A stretch of 64,000 bases of DNA. Origin: Minutocellus sp. GHC0000111 (taxonomy: Eukaryota). Within the stretch, counting starts at the first letter, position 1. Each line of letters begins with the position of its first letter. The DNA is taken from assembly GCA_977018835.1 (NCBI GenBank), contig OZ361256.1, positions 6,696,001 to 6,760,000 of the forward strand. Reading direction: 5' to 3'. Below are positions 12,926-25,131 of this stretch, piece after piece. The position numbers were made by a program, and so were the translations under genes. The notes under the pieces were generated by a model, which did not search any database, was not told the origin of the DNA, and saw only the letters and a list, made by a program, of their open reading frames with translations.

Positions 12926-14419
12926 CTACGCCGACCGAGCCGTGAAGGGCACCTTTTGCCCATCAGGAACTGGGACCATGCGTTGATCGGCCGTATTGGT
13001 CTTGGTCTCTTCGTTGCCACGACGACTATGAGTAGGAGCACCAGCAGGCGGTTTTTCGTAGGTGACCTGTCCAGCAGCTGGAGGAGCATGGGCTTCTTCT
13101 TGACGAACTCCACCGAAGGCAGCAAAGTCATTGGGGATGTTGATGGTAGGGTAGCGACCAGCCTGGGTCGTCTGAGGCTTCTCTTGAAGGTGGTCAGGAG
13201 GAAGTCCATATTCAGGCGAGGCGAGAAAGTCGACGATATCGTCGTCAAATACGGTAGACATATTTGGCGCCTTGGCACGCAGTTCTTGCTGAGTTTCAGG
13301 TGGTATTCCTGGAGCGAAGAAACCACCACCATCCTCCTCCGTGATCGATGCAGGCAAAAGGCCGGCCTCGACGAGGAACGAAAGGTTGGAGGCCGAGCTG
13401 CTCTTTCGGACGGGGGCCTCGTTGTCGTTGGCGTCTATTGTAGAGGCCTGGGCTCCAGCAGCAGCAGAAGAAGCGAGCTGATCTTGTTGCAATGGGCGAT
13501 ATAAGCTCGTGGCTGAGTTCGCAAAGGGAAGAGTGGTATGCGGAAGTGGAGTGAAATCCAGCTGAATGTTCGGATTGAACGCAGGCGCGAAAGACGTGGG
13601 GGTGCTGCTGGCAAATTTAGCAGGTGGAGCACTGAAGTCTTGTCCCTGGATAGACTTCTGCTCCGAAGGAATGGCGCCAGTGCCGTTATCCTTGGTCTCG
13701 CCTCCCTCGTCTGGATGATTCTTAGGCTTGATCGACTCGGCAAGACAAGCGTGCCCTTGTTTGAGCTTCTGCTTTAGCTGCCATCGTTCGAGATCATGCC
13801 TGTACTGCTTCATCTCCAGAGCAGCAGCTGCCTCGTAGACCATGCGATCGGATGGACCCAGATTCTGAGAGTAAGATGAGACATCCGTTGTGTAGGAAAA
13901 GTGGAAAGATGAAAAGATAAATGTTAGATACGATCGTAGATTATACGAAGCGAGTATGCCGCGTTGTTGAACACGAATTAAAAAGGGAACCAACCATCAC
14001 ACATGTATTGGAAGTCTCACCTTCCAGCGATCGGCAATGGTTTTGGCTAGATTCTTGAAGCCTAGATTGCCACATCCTCAACGATGGGGTCGCTTGTGTT
14101 CGATGGGACCACCGGCCTTCTCTTCGGCTTCTCGCTCGGCCTTGGTTTCGGACAGGATCTTGGCGACGGCCATGGTCAGGGCGTCTCTGGTCTCTGCCGC
14201 CGTGCCTCGCTTGCCCTTGGATTCGATGAGCAGTTCTCGTTCGAGACGGAAGAACAGATTGTACGCCGATAGTGGCCTACGAGGCTTGTCCTTTGGCCTC
14301 TTCCACGTCCACTTCTTCTCGCGTTAGCCGATGCCGGTACTGGTTTAGATGTAGGCCGAGACTTGGAAATCGCGGCGGCTACCTTTGAAGTCTTTTGCTT
14401 TTTGGTGGGTGGCATGATG
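12926..14419 (-). pseudogene. HMG-box transcription factor with a frameshift (~14322) and an in-frame TGA (14078-14080); one intron (~14020-13866)
   Basis: WKRPKDKPRRPLSAYNLFFRLERE...KRPHR*GCGNLGFKNLAKTIADRWK|NLGPSDRMVYEAAAALEMKQY is a diatom-type split HMG box. The MPPTKK start lies in a different frame. Confidence 0.8.
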
Positions 14420-14816
14420 ATGGTACCAATGGATTGTTTCCGAGGAAGAAAATGAGGAATGCGTAAAGGAGAAGCTGGTAATGTGATCTGAAAGCCGAAA
14501 ATGTCGCTTGGTTTCCCCTGACTTGTCTTGTGATTGCCTGGTTCGCCGTCGTTCTGACCCGAACCCACAGCCAGGCCAGAGGAAGAAAGTTCCTCAGTCT
14601 TGCAGAAGGCGGGCCCCGCCCCGGCCGGAGGCGGCCGGCACGTGCATTCGCCAACATGACGCAACAGAAAGCTAAAACCACCCTGACGTGTTCGTTCGAG
14701 CTGAGCAGGCGCCTGCGATGGCGGCTGAGCAAGAGCGGAAGGCCACAATCGATCATACCAAGTACCTCGCCCCCCTCCCTGCAAGTACGCACCCCGAAAC
14801 CCTGACAAATAGTAAA

Positions 14817-15269
14817 ATGAAGTCAGTTATCGCCGCTATTCTTTCCTTTGTCCTCCTCTTCGTTGGAGCCAGTGCGTTCACTACGCCCGGAGCTGCTCGT
14901 TCCTCGACCCTTGTATCCGTCCCCAACCAGAGCTCGACCAGCCTGAACATGGTGTTCGGCAACAAGAAGTCCGCTGCCCAAAAGGCCGAGGAGGAGGCCA
15001 AGGCGGCCAAGTACTGGCAGGGAGAGTGGGTCTGCAAGGACTGCGGATAAATTTACAACCGTGCCGAGTGCGCCGGTATGTACTTCGAGGAACAGGGACC
15101 GGGATTCCGATGCCCCCAGTGCTCCGGACCTCGTCGTCGTTATGCCAAGAAGGTCGGAGATGTTGTCGGTACTACCCTCGACGGCGGAGACGCGCCCATC
15201 CCGATCTTTTCCTTTGGCGGTGTCATTGCGACCATTATCTTCGGTATTTGGGCTGTTGAGAACCTGTAA
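14817..15269 (+). pseudogene. Plastid-targeted rubredoxin-like protein with a C-terminal TM helix; in-frame TAA at 15048-15050
   Basis: Signal peptide plus ASAF transit motif. WVCKDCG*IYNRAECAGMYFEEQGPGFRCPQCSG gives two CxxC motifs in one frame, and the stop sits where rubredoxins have Tyr (CGYIY). Confidence 0.85.
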
Positions 15270-16904
15270 GGTGCGGGGCCGAATAATCGAATGATTGTAC
15301 AGAGAACTTTTATCTGAATTTCTTCCTTTGGATGGAACGCTACCTTCACGTTTGAGTTATCTGGTTCTGATGTCAGCGATGGAGCCGCAGTAGCCACATA
15401 GCTGGTGGAGAATTGGTTCTATTGAGTGCAGTGGACTACGACTGGAGGCTGGTTGGATGCATTGAGGCTTGAGTTCTGAGTGCTGAGTGCCGATTCTACT
15501 CTACCTTGCTTGGATTCAAATAAGTAGCATATAATATATCACTTGATTATACATAAACGAAGAATTCTTGCTACCGATTGACCATCATATGCATAGTACA
15601 AAAAACACATGTTAGAATGTGGCACTCCTGAGAGGTGGAGAAGTTATGACCTCTGCTTATTATATACAGGCAATGAAACGCGAACCGTTGATTTTAAGAG
15701 ATATCAATCGCTGTCATTTCGGCACGTGCCACAGGATGAGATCTAGCGTTACATTTGGTAGATCGAAGTTCCCTACATAAACTTGAAATTTGTTGTGGTC
15801 AGTACTAGACCTAGATCTACATGTATCTCACTACCGGTACTCTGGTAACCAGAACTTTGTCAGTCAACAGGTGAACGACCAGCATGTACGGTAGGCACGA
15901 GATCAGACAGAGAAACGTGCAAAAAATGAAAGGAGAGAACGAATCGAATCGGATTCTTAAAAATTTAAATATTCATCTTTCTAAACTAGCTCGGTGCACC
16001 CTAAATAGATTTCGGTCAGGGACATAACACGACATGTAGTACCGGTAAATGCAATATCCACCATCCAATAGAGCCGCTAGCAATTGTAGATCTAATACGC
16101 GCATGTGGATGTGTCGCTGCGCAGATGTTATTCCACCAAAATAACAACGGTCATGAATGCTTATTGCGTTGGTCGTCAATTGATCTCATTGCACATTGTG
16201 CAGTAGTATGTTTGGTGATTCCAATGGTGATTCGCCAATTCATTCATCTAAATCGAAGGTGAATGTTGCCTGCAAATGCATGTAAATTGAATTGAAGTTC
16301 ATGTGCTCCTGGGAAATTTCTCAACAGTACGACAAGCTGCGCACGATGCGATTGTGATTGCTGCGTTTGCTGGCTGAAATGCCACCGCCGCGCCACCAAG
16401 GTGAAGTCGCCGCAGAAGTGACACTCACTTTCTTCTGGCGTTCGACACTCTAGCTAGACACGCTGCTTCTGAGGCTGCCAGACGCACCATGGCAATCGTG
16501 GTGTGAGACTTCTCGTGTGCCAAACAAAAAGACTCGCATTTGGCTCAGACGAACACATCGTTGGGAGGAATTCCTTTGCCACTCTTTGACTGTTGCACAG
16601 CGCAAAATCTCACGTCTCATCACATCGCAACATGCTTTCGTGACGCACCTTCATCTTCGCTCTCTTGCTTTCAGTCTTTTTGTCACACTTCTTAGCGCCC
16701 GTAAAAACCCGAATGACCATGTCTGCCGATGTCTCCCATTTCAAGCTACGAATCCATTATAGGAGTACCTTATATCCAGGTATTTTTACCCAATCAAATA
16801 TTAAGAAAATCGGCACGTCTTGGGTCTCAAAAAATCAGCAACAGAATGAATTCCGAAAATACTGTGAAAGAAACGTCATAAAGGAAACAAAACCTGGATA
16901 ACTT

Positions 16905-18991
16905 ATGGCCACTGCCTCGGTCATCGCTGCAAAGCGGCGAAAACGCCGAGGCTCGGCTCGAGCAATCATTTCCTCTTCGATGAAGACCTGGTAGAAGGAA
17001 GCCCCCCGGCTGCTACCTTCCCCTTCTTTCCAAACTCGGAACCTGTTGGACGGGCCGAGGGGAGAAGAAGGGGAGGGGGTTGTTAGCAGGAGCGAAGGGG
17101 GGGTCGGTTGGAGCTCGATTGTTGGGACTGTGTCTTTGAAAGTAGCGGCCGTCTTCTGGAACTGAAACATCGCCGGAGCCATCCCGTCTTTGTTGGACGA
17201 AGAGCAGCACGATGACGACGAGGCGGTCACCCTACAAATATTCCGGCAATTGCCGGGCGGATGACGGAGAGGATCGCCTCCAGCCCAGCGCCAGCGCTGC
17301 GGCGGCCAGCGCGGTCGGGTCACTCTTCGGTCGGGCCCTCGGGGGCTCGGCCGGCACGAGCGGACCGGCCGCCGGCAGCAACGGCAGGCATCCTCCCTCC
17401 TCCTCCTTGGCTGTAGGGGACCAACCTCACCGCCACCCGTGCTCTGCTGGCTCGGCCAACATGGCATCCTCGGACGTGTGCGGCAGTTCCGACGCCCCAT
17501 CGATGCAGTCGAGCTCTTCCAACCCCCTCGCCTCCTCTCACCCCCTCCCCGGCGCGGCTGGCGATGACCAGCAGCCGCCGCTGCCTCATTCTAATCCCCT
17601 CACCTTTGTTGCCTCTCTGCCCCGCAGGATCCTGCGCCTCCGCACGATGAAGACGACTACGAGAGCGGCGGCGCCATGGACAGCGACTACGTTATCGGCA
17701 CGTTGTCCGGCCGCGATCCAGCCGCCAAGCGCCGGTCCCTCCTCCGCGTCCTGCTGGCCACCGGCCTTCTCGTCGCTGCCCTGGCACACCGTCGGTCATC
17801 CGCCAGGAAGGCCGCCTCCAACGAGATCGACCGTCCCGACTTCGTCTACGAGCATCCCTACGTCACCTCGTCGCACTACACCTCCACCAAGAGCCTCAAA
17901 ACGCTCCTGGACACCGATCGCATCCAGGTCCAGCCCAACAAGGTCCAACACGCCCGCCGCATCGCCGCCGGCGAGGAGGAGGTCCTCAAGCGCACCCGCC
18001 TCGCCGTCGTCCGTCCCTTCTGTGAGTTCGATGCCGGCGCCCTGCCCACCACCTTCGCCTGTTGGAACTCCCTCAGCCCCTGCAAGGCCGGTTCGCGTGA
18101 TTTGGGTGACATCGACGACCCCACCAATTCCACCAACGGCCACGACGAGAGTCGCTACTTTGACAATGTCGGGTCCGATATCTTCAAGGATGCCACCACC
18201 GACCTGTTCCTGTTCTACTCGCAAACCTTCTCCGAGAATGACGAGGCCATCCACTCCGTCGACCAGATCATCGACGAGTTCAACAGCCCCGGAGGCTGGA
18301 GTCAGTGCTTCGAGAAAATTTATGCCATCGAGGCCAACATCCCCCAGGAGCTCGATCATGAGGACACGCCTCCTCGGCTCCAACACTACCGATTGCGATT
18401 GCTCCGCCTTCGAGACCCAAGAGGACTGCGAGGGCAGTGCCCTCCGATGCCAGTGGCGACCTCTCTTCGATTCTTGCCATCCTCCAGAAATGATCGACGA
18501 CGGCACACCGATTTGTCCCCAGACCGATGCACCGACGTTCGCCCCTACCGTATCGTTGGAGGGAGTCGATACGATGACCCCCACTACATCACCCACAAAG
18601 GCACCCACCGAGCCCCTCCGTCGTCTCGATCCGTGGTATGCTTCGATGTTCAAGACCCGCGAGCACGAGGATACCGAAGAGGAAGCCACCGAAAAGGCAC
18701 CGGCCACTGCCCCTACCGATGGAAAGCGGCGTCGGCTATCTGTCGTGGAGGAGGAGGCCGTGGGCGCATCGGCGAGCGGATTTGGAAAGGGGTCTGCCAC
18801 GGAGAATACCACCTCTCACGGTCGACGATTATCCTCCGTCTCGAACGAGGATGGCGGTTACGGCCAGACAGACGCTAGGTGCCATCACCATCTGGATCCC
18901 CGGCCAAGACTTACGACGAAACCAACAACACAATTTAGCGTTGTATCCTACGTCGCTAGGTTCCCATCAAATGTTTGGATCGTTTGATTGA
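16905..18991 (+). pseudogene. Membrane-anchored protein of unknown function, broken by apparent deletions or frameshifts
   Basis: GC3-rich coding frame 17628-18357 (TM segment, then LAVVRPFCEFDAGALPTTFACW...IEANIPQELD) switches abruptly to another frame (RTRLLGSNTTDCDC...), and switches again near 18875. An intron branch point and acceptor at ~17590-17627 have no obvious nearby donor. Confidence 0.55.
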
Positions 18992-19220
18992 GGAAAATTC
19001 AATAGAAATTATAACAAGAAATAGACTGTATTTTTAGTACATCAGAAAAGGCAGTACTCTTCGTTACCATTTATTTTATGTTTGGATACTATGGTCTTGC
19101 ATAAGAAGTACATGGGATCCATAAAAGTGTTGTTCCTCATCTGGGCTTATTCATAAACTCAAAATCAATCGAGTTGGATGCGTCCCCTTCACGAGTGAAA
19201 CGTACAGACACTAAGTGACC

Positions 19221-20908
19221 TTACTGCTGATGTTCTGCGCCTGTCACCTGCGTACGATCAAGTATTAGGTTGAAGTCAATGAAAGGCTCATAATGCTTCA
19301 CCGCAGTTTCTACTCGTCCAGTGTCATGAATGTTCAACTTGGGCGTCATGTTGGCAATAAGCTCCATGGCAGTATGGGTTGTATGGCGCGCAATCAAAAC
19401 TGGGACATCGGAGAGGGTCGCATCCGTGATCATATCCATAACCTCTGGCGAGACATCGTACTTTCCCTCCCGACCAGATACCAACAAGGCCGCCTCGAAT
19501 GGCTCACCATGTCGTCTTCTGCGAGCGTATTCTCCGAGGAACCCCAAAATGATATCGTCTCTCGTAACGTGGCAAATATACAAAGTTCTCGATGGCTTCT
19601 CTCGCATATTTTCAAGGAATCGGGAAAGCGAAGTTGTGACGAGATTGAGGTCTGATATCTTGTAATGGCGGAAACGATGGCAACTACCAGAAACCATTTC
19701 GGTCTTGAACAGCCTTTCCAAGTCTGCAAGAGCCGGGCAGCCCAAATACGGTCGGTCAGGGATCACACCCAGGAGTGGTACACCCCACATGTTCATAAAG
19801 GCTCGGCTCATGTAGTGCTTGGTTTGCTCATATTTGTCCAGCTTGACCTTGTTCACGATTATGCCTGCAATGTTGACGCCGTGCTTTTCACATAACACTC
19901 TGTTCAACTCCAACTCGTCAAACGTCGAGCCAAGACCTCCATTCGCTACCAAAATCATATCTGCTCCTAGCATGCTGGCTATCTTTGCATTCGAGGCGCC
20001 TACAATACTCCCGACGCCCGCATGCCCAGTTCCCTCGCAAAGGACGACATCACTCTTATCATCGATATCACGGAAACCGGCAACGATGTCGTCCATCTGC
20101 TTGTCCAGCCGAATCTCGCCGTCGATAAACTGTTTGGTGTATCCCGAGCCAATGAGGCAGGGCGACATGGATTGGTAGGGACAGTGATCAAGCTTAAAGT
20201 GCTCTCGAACCAACACCACATCTTTGTCAACACGGATGGTATGTCCTGAGTCGGACTTCACCTCAAGGTGCTGTTGACCGACTATGTTTCCCAGATAGAG
20301 GCAAAACATATTGATATTGACAGAGCAAGATATCGTGAAAAATAGAAATGGGCAATGCAATGACGATGATAAAAGTAGGACAATGCAGGTTCAATAAATA
20401 GTGGGACAAATGTTGTGATATCGTGAAAAATAGAAATGGGCAATGCAATGACGATGATAAAAGTAGGACAATGCAGGTTCAATAAATAGTGGGACATACC
20501 TGGTTTGATGAATCCAACCTTGTCGAAACGCTTGGAGAGGCCCGACATGAGCGCCAGCGACGTTGTGGTTTTGCCAACATGCTGTTTGGTAGCCGCAACG
20601 TAAATTGGTCTGCGACTGTAGTGCTGAACACGCTCCGGCGGTGGCCGCTGTGGCATCCTTTCCCCATGGTACACTCCCACCGGGATGGCATCGGCACTGG
20701 TAGGCACGGCACCATTGCGATACTTGGGATCGGTCAGAGAGTCTGGATAAGCCGCCGAGTCTCTTGAGGAGAATGTCCGATGCTCATGCGGACGATGACG
20801 TTGACATAAAAATTCTCGCCGGAATTGGAAGGCCTGACCGGTTTCGTTCGCTGGCCACCGGAGAAAGGTGCCGGCACTAGCCGGGCGTAACCGTAGAGCT
20901 TGACGCAT
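19221..20908 (-). CDS. BioD-like P-loop (phosphotransacetylase N-terminal, AAA_26) plus DRTGG-like domain protein; exons 20908-20500 and 20281-19221
   Basis: IYVAATKQHVGKTTTSLAL...GFIKP|VGQQH, VVLCEGTGHAGVGS, GIIVNKV, ICHVTRDDII. N-terminus looks like a mitochondrial presequence. Confidence 0.88.
20329..20496. repeat. Two near-perfect ~80-bp copies (period 88) inside an intron
   Basis: GATATCGTGAAAAATAGAAATGGG...AATAGTGGGACA occurs twice. Confidence 0.9.
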
Positions 20909-21311
20909 GGTAATCGCGGAAAAATAAATGCAAGTCACTCCTCAAGTCAGGTATAGTGCAGCATCACTGCTCTATCACCACGGGCGAGAGGTTGAAGTAG
21001 AAGTTGGCAGTCGGCTGGGGGTTGGGTCATCCCCGCTTTCAGGTCAGTGTGTTTTACACGTTACTTTGGTCACAGCTGAATTTTCATCACGCACAGCAAG
21101 TCAATCAATGAATCTTGAGGTGCTATTGTCGTGACAATTCAATTCGTTCCGCTTCAGTGTATCATATCATCAAACCGCACTCCATGATCTTTGTGCCATT
21201 GACGCAACGAGCACAGTATCTATTCGTCGTCGTTGCTTCGATCCGGGAAACCAAAATCAACACAAGATGTGTCGACGACGGGCCATCACCAAAAAGAAGA
21301 ATCATCTGTTG

Positions 21312-22865
21312 ATGCGAACATCACTCTTCGCTGCATCCATATTGGCGTGCAGTACTCAGCCTTCAACAGTAGAGGCCTGGTCATCCCCTTCATCGAAAAT
21401 AAATTTACGTCGATGCACTGACGAAGCTAAATTATTGCCCTTTCGATCAGCTGCACGGTGCCCATCATCAGCATTATTGACAAATTTTGGCCAATCAAAT
21501 AGAGAATGTGGAGTTCGCTTCGCCGTCAAGCCTGAGGTCACTTCTCATCACGAAGAACAATTGTCGACTATCATCCAAGGACTTCGTTCCATTTTGATAC
21601 GTGGATGCCAGCGACATCGTCGTAATGTTCTTCGAATAGCCATGGCATCCATGATAGTTCTTTTGTCACTATCGACTTCAGTTGCAGCTGTGTCTGTCGA
21701 TACATCCGCAACTGCAATGACAGCGACAGCAGCTTCGGTCTCAGATACAGCCGCTGCTGCGTCCACACTTCCTCCAGTATCCATGGTTCGGCCGCTCGGC
21801 AGCCTCCGAGTATTACCGTCAAAGGCCGAGATTGACATTTGCATTCGACTCATTGTGGCCTCTTTCGGAGGAGCGGCAGTTGGCCTGGAACGATCCTCTT
21901 CTGATCGACCTGCAGGTGTACGAACGATGGCACTCGTTAGTCTGGGTGCCGCCGTTTTCACAATTTGTTCGATGTACGGCTTTCTATCCGTCGCATCTGA
22001 CGCGATGGGGACCAAGGTAGACCCAAGCCGAATGGCGAGCAACATCGTGTCCGGTGTGGGCTTTCTTGGAGCCGGGGTCATAACGAATAATCGCCAGGCA
22101 AGTGGAGTGTACGATCGGCAAAGTTCAGTCAATGGGCTTACGACGGCGGCGGCAATCTGGGTCAGCGCCGCTGTTGGCGTAGCTTGCGGGGCTGGGATGT
22201 ATGTCGTAGGAGCATCGGCCGCTGTAAGCACAATTGCCATCCTTCGTTTTGGTCGCGTCAAGAATACATGCATCGGGAAGAGAGTCATGAGTATTGGTAC
22301 GAAGCAAAAGACGAAGAATAGCTCGACAAGCAGTGCAACTGCATCTGCGGACGCGATTTCGAGCGTGGAGAAAGGCGATGCTGGTCTTGGCAATGCCATC
22401 TCACACACGCCCAGTGAAAATGCTAATCCCGCTGTAGTTGCTGGTGATGGGCTCGCAAGCAAAAGCAAGCTTGGGCGAGAAGATGCAATGTCACCGGGCA
22501 AGCGGGCAGAAAGCATGTTCGAGAAGGAGGGTGCAAAGGCGAAGTCCAAAAAGGCAGCCATTGATGTTCCAATGCCTTCATCCATGGAGGGTGCTGATGT
22601 GGATCCAGCCGAGAAGAAGTATTCTGTGAAGAAAACCTCAACAACAAAGAACGGCGATGAAAATGGTGGGACAAGAAGTGGAAAGCTTATCGACCCCATG
22701 TTAGAAAAGTATCTATGGGGCGATACTGCAATAAATGATGGTCTGCCAATACCTCGGCACAGCGGCAGCCAGCAATCCTTTGATCTAGCAAAAAACCCTC
22801 CTCAACAAATTGAAGAGGGGCAGGAGATTGTCAGGCATGGCAGTGATGATGACGTGGGTGAATGA
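21312..22865 (+). CDS. MgtC/SapB family membrane protein, probably plastid-targeted
   Basis: GAAVGLERS..RPAGVRTMALVSLGAAVF, DPSRMASNIVSGVGFLGAGVI, VNGLTTAAAIWVSAAVGVACGAG. Signal peptide ends EA-W. Confidence 0.88.
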   Translation: MRTSLFAASILACSTQPSTVEAWSSPSSKINLRRCTDEAKLLPFRSAARCPSSALLTNFGQSNRECGVRFAVKPEVTSHHEEQLSTIIQGLRSILIRGCQRHRRNVLRIAMASMIVLLSLSTSVAAVSVDTSATAMTATAASVSDTAAAASTLPPVSMVRPLGSLRVLPSKAEIDICIRLIVASFGGAAVGLERSSSDRPAGVRTMALVSLGAAVFTICSMYGFLSVASDAMGTKVDPSRMASNIVSGVGFLGAGVITNNRQASGVYDRQSSVNGLTTAAAIWVSAAVGVACGAGMYVVGASAAVSTIAILRFGRVKNTCIGKRVMSIGTKQKTKNSSTSSATASADAISSVEKGDAGLGNAISHTPSENANPAVVAGDGLASKSKLGREDAMSPGKRAESMFEKEGAKAKSKKAAIDVPMPSSMEGADVDPAEKKYSVKKTSTTKNGDENGGTRSGKLIDPMLEKYLWGDTAINDGLPIPRHSGSQQSFDLAKNPPQQIEEGQEIVRHGSDDDVGE

Positions 22866-23074
22866 TGGTGCATGTGTGGTGGGTGCCGGTATTTGCACAT
22901 TGAATGTAGACATCTCAAGATGAGTTTAGATCTGGATCGATCTATCTATCTAGCATCTACATGTATCTATCTATCTAGCATCTGGTGGTGGTGGTGGTGT
23001 CGTCCCGCTAAGTATAGCTTAGATCTATCTAATAGAACCCTATTCGAAAATAGGTAGCCGCACTTGCTGCTAAG

Positions 23075-24340
23075 AGGTCCTAAAGCTAAGCTAGATAGAT
23101 ATAGCTAGTAGAGGTAAATTGGACCTACGTAGATTAAAAATGGGCCATCGGAGATGTCGTTGGCCCATGGATCAACGGTCAGGAGAGGGCACTGAGTCAG
23201 TCAGTGGTCTGATCACCGTACGTACCGTACGTATGTATACGTACGTACGTGTCCCACGGTGTCAACACACCCTCGCAGATCAATGACTAGTGCCATTGAA
23301 TCTACATGTAGAGTCCTAATTGGAATCTACATGTAAGTAGACTGGTCGCATGTCGACATGGTAGCGGGCGGGATGGTGCTTTGTAAAATAATCGGCCAAA
23401 TTTTGCGCTCCTTTCCGCCAGTCAGCACACCTGGAGTTGTCGTTGCTCTGTGCGATCATCTTGGACACCCCCCCCCAGCAGAGTCTCATGTCCATGTAGC
23501 CTTAGACCGTCTTTGCTTGATGGTTTTATTGGCGATTCCAGATGCTGTAGAGTTATCAACGACAACAGCAGTAGGGGGCTGCGGGTGACCCATTTCTTCT
23601 AGTGCTGCCCGGATTGGTGCTGCATCTTTCATGTTGAAAAACAATCCCCTCCCAACTCGGCTTCAGCAGCTAGCTGAGGACATTGCATGCTTGATGACAT
23701 TGGCATTGACGAGGATGGCTCCATTCATTGGTGGCATGGGATCACTTGAGTCAGGCTGGCGGTGCGGGTCCTTAGGGCGGGAGCTTAGGTAGAAGCACCC
23801 TCCGAGTTTGCTTCTTGATTTCGGGGCTGACAAGCAAGCAGGAGGCGCGTCGCTGTGCACACGCACACACATGCAGGAGGACCATGTCTGACTTGACGCA
23901 TCGAGTGACTGCGTCGGGATGGGTTGCAAGGCAATCTAGAAGCTTCTTGGCATCTTGTCGAGTGCGCTCGGCAGCTTTGGATTGTTCGGCTGAGATGCTG
24001 TTGAGCGCCGGTAAAATTGTTGAGTCAATTGCTCGACCATGGTGCAAGGAGGAGCTGCCCACCACCTGTTGGATTTCGTTGATGCCTTTGGCGTCGAGTG
24101 GTGGTGAGTCGTCTTCCGGTTCTGACAGCTGGGGTCCCGGGCCATACGTCGGACGATTCCATCGACATGGCGCATGCTCGGGCCGTGAGGGGCGGTCGTG
24201 TTGGAACTTGTGGCGCATCTCCTTGACGTAGTTAGGCACAGAGATAGATCCACCCATTTGGCCTCGGGATGGACGACGGCGTTAGCAAAGTGTTGGAGGT
24301 TTGGTAAAGGCGAGAAAGCTGCCATGTTGGCCACGTGGTG
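23075..24340 (-). mobile_element. Degenerate Ty1/copia LTR retrotransposon: late RT, RNase H, PPT and 3' LTR
   Basis: IQQVVGS...GRAIDSTILPALNSIS, LATHPDA, HSDA, NGAILV, LEEMGHPQPPT..VDNSTASGIANKTIKQRRSKA, TKHHP. Polypurine GCGAGGGTG is followed by TGTTG at 23267. An internal deletion follows HFANAVVHPE. The LTR end is approximate. Confidence 0.88.
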
Positions 24341-24399
24341 GGTACTACGCCGAGATGATGGCCGTGGGTCGATGCCGTCCTGGGCCGTGGCCGGTGCAT

Positions 24400-25075
24400 T
24401 GTTGAAGACTCAGTCAAAATGTTTCTGAAAAACCTCTCCGTTCTCGGTGTCGTTCACTGCCATCGTTCCATCTGCCTTCCGCATTCGAACTGTTACTGCT
24501 GATTTGATGTGGCCAGCAAACATACTTGATATCTCCCGCATGGCTCTCCAAGCTCCTCTTGGATCACATTTGTTCTCCATTTCGGCTGCTTTCTTTTCAA
24601 GCCATCGATCGGATTTTTGCTGCGTCTGCTAGTCCAGCAACTTTGCGCCTCATCATCTCGGCAAGTTCAGCTTTCGTTTCGACCTTGCCTTTCCGATAAT
24701 AGTCTTTCAAGAGTTCGCGCTTTCGCTCAATTGCTGGTTGCAACATGTCTCTGCTCAATTCGAACCACCCTGGAGATGGTTTGGCTCGCTGCCGCGGCAA
24801 AATCTTAGCTCCTGCCTGGTTCCAAAGGTCTAGCATGCTGTCGAGGTCTCGGGGATTCAGGTTGTTGGAATTGTCTGCACATATCGTTTCTAGATCGGCT
24901 GTCAGTCTCGACTTCAGCACTGGATCTTTATGAATGCCGACGAAGTCCGCCTCGGGCGGCCTTTCTTTCAACTCTTGCCTCTTCTGCTCTCTATCCCACC
25001 TGATCTCTGCTAGATCTTTGGGCAAGAGCTTAGCCTCGCTGACAAATTGCATGTACACTCCATCATGGTCGCTCC
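24400..25075 (-). mobile_element. Non-LTR (LINE) ORF2 fragment, linker region upstream of RT
   Basis: PGWFELSRDMLQPAIERKR..., then after a frameshift PRGAWRAMREISSMFAGH...MRKADGTMAVNDTENGEVFQKHF..VFNN, which resembles the EN-RT linker of LINEs. Confidence 0.6.
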
Positions 25076-25131
25076 ATGGAAATGTCTAGCATCTATGTAT
25101 AATATATTACAAAGTCAGCAAAAGAGTCGGC

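Noticed and set aside
15300..16880. Long gene-free interval with short ORFs
   Set aside because: No coding signature, TIR pair or RNA gene could be recognised.
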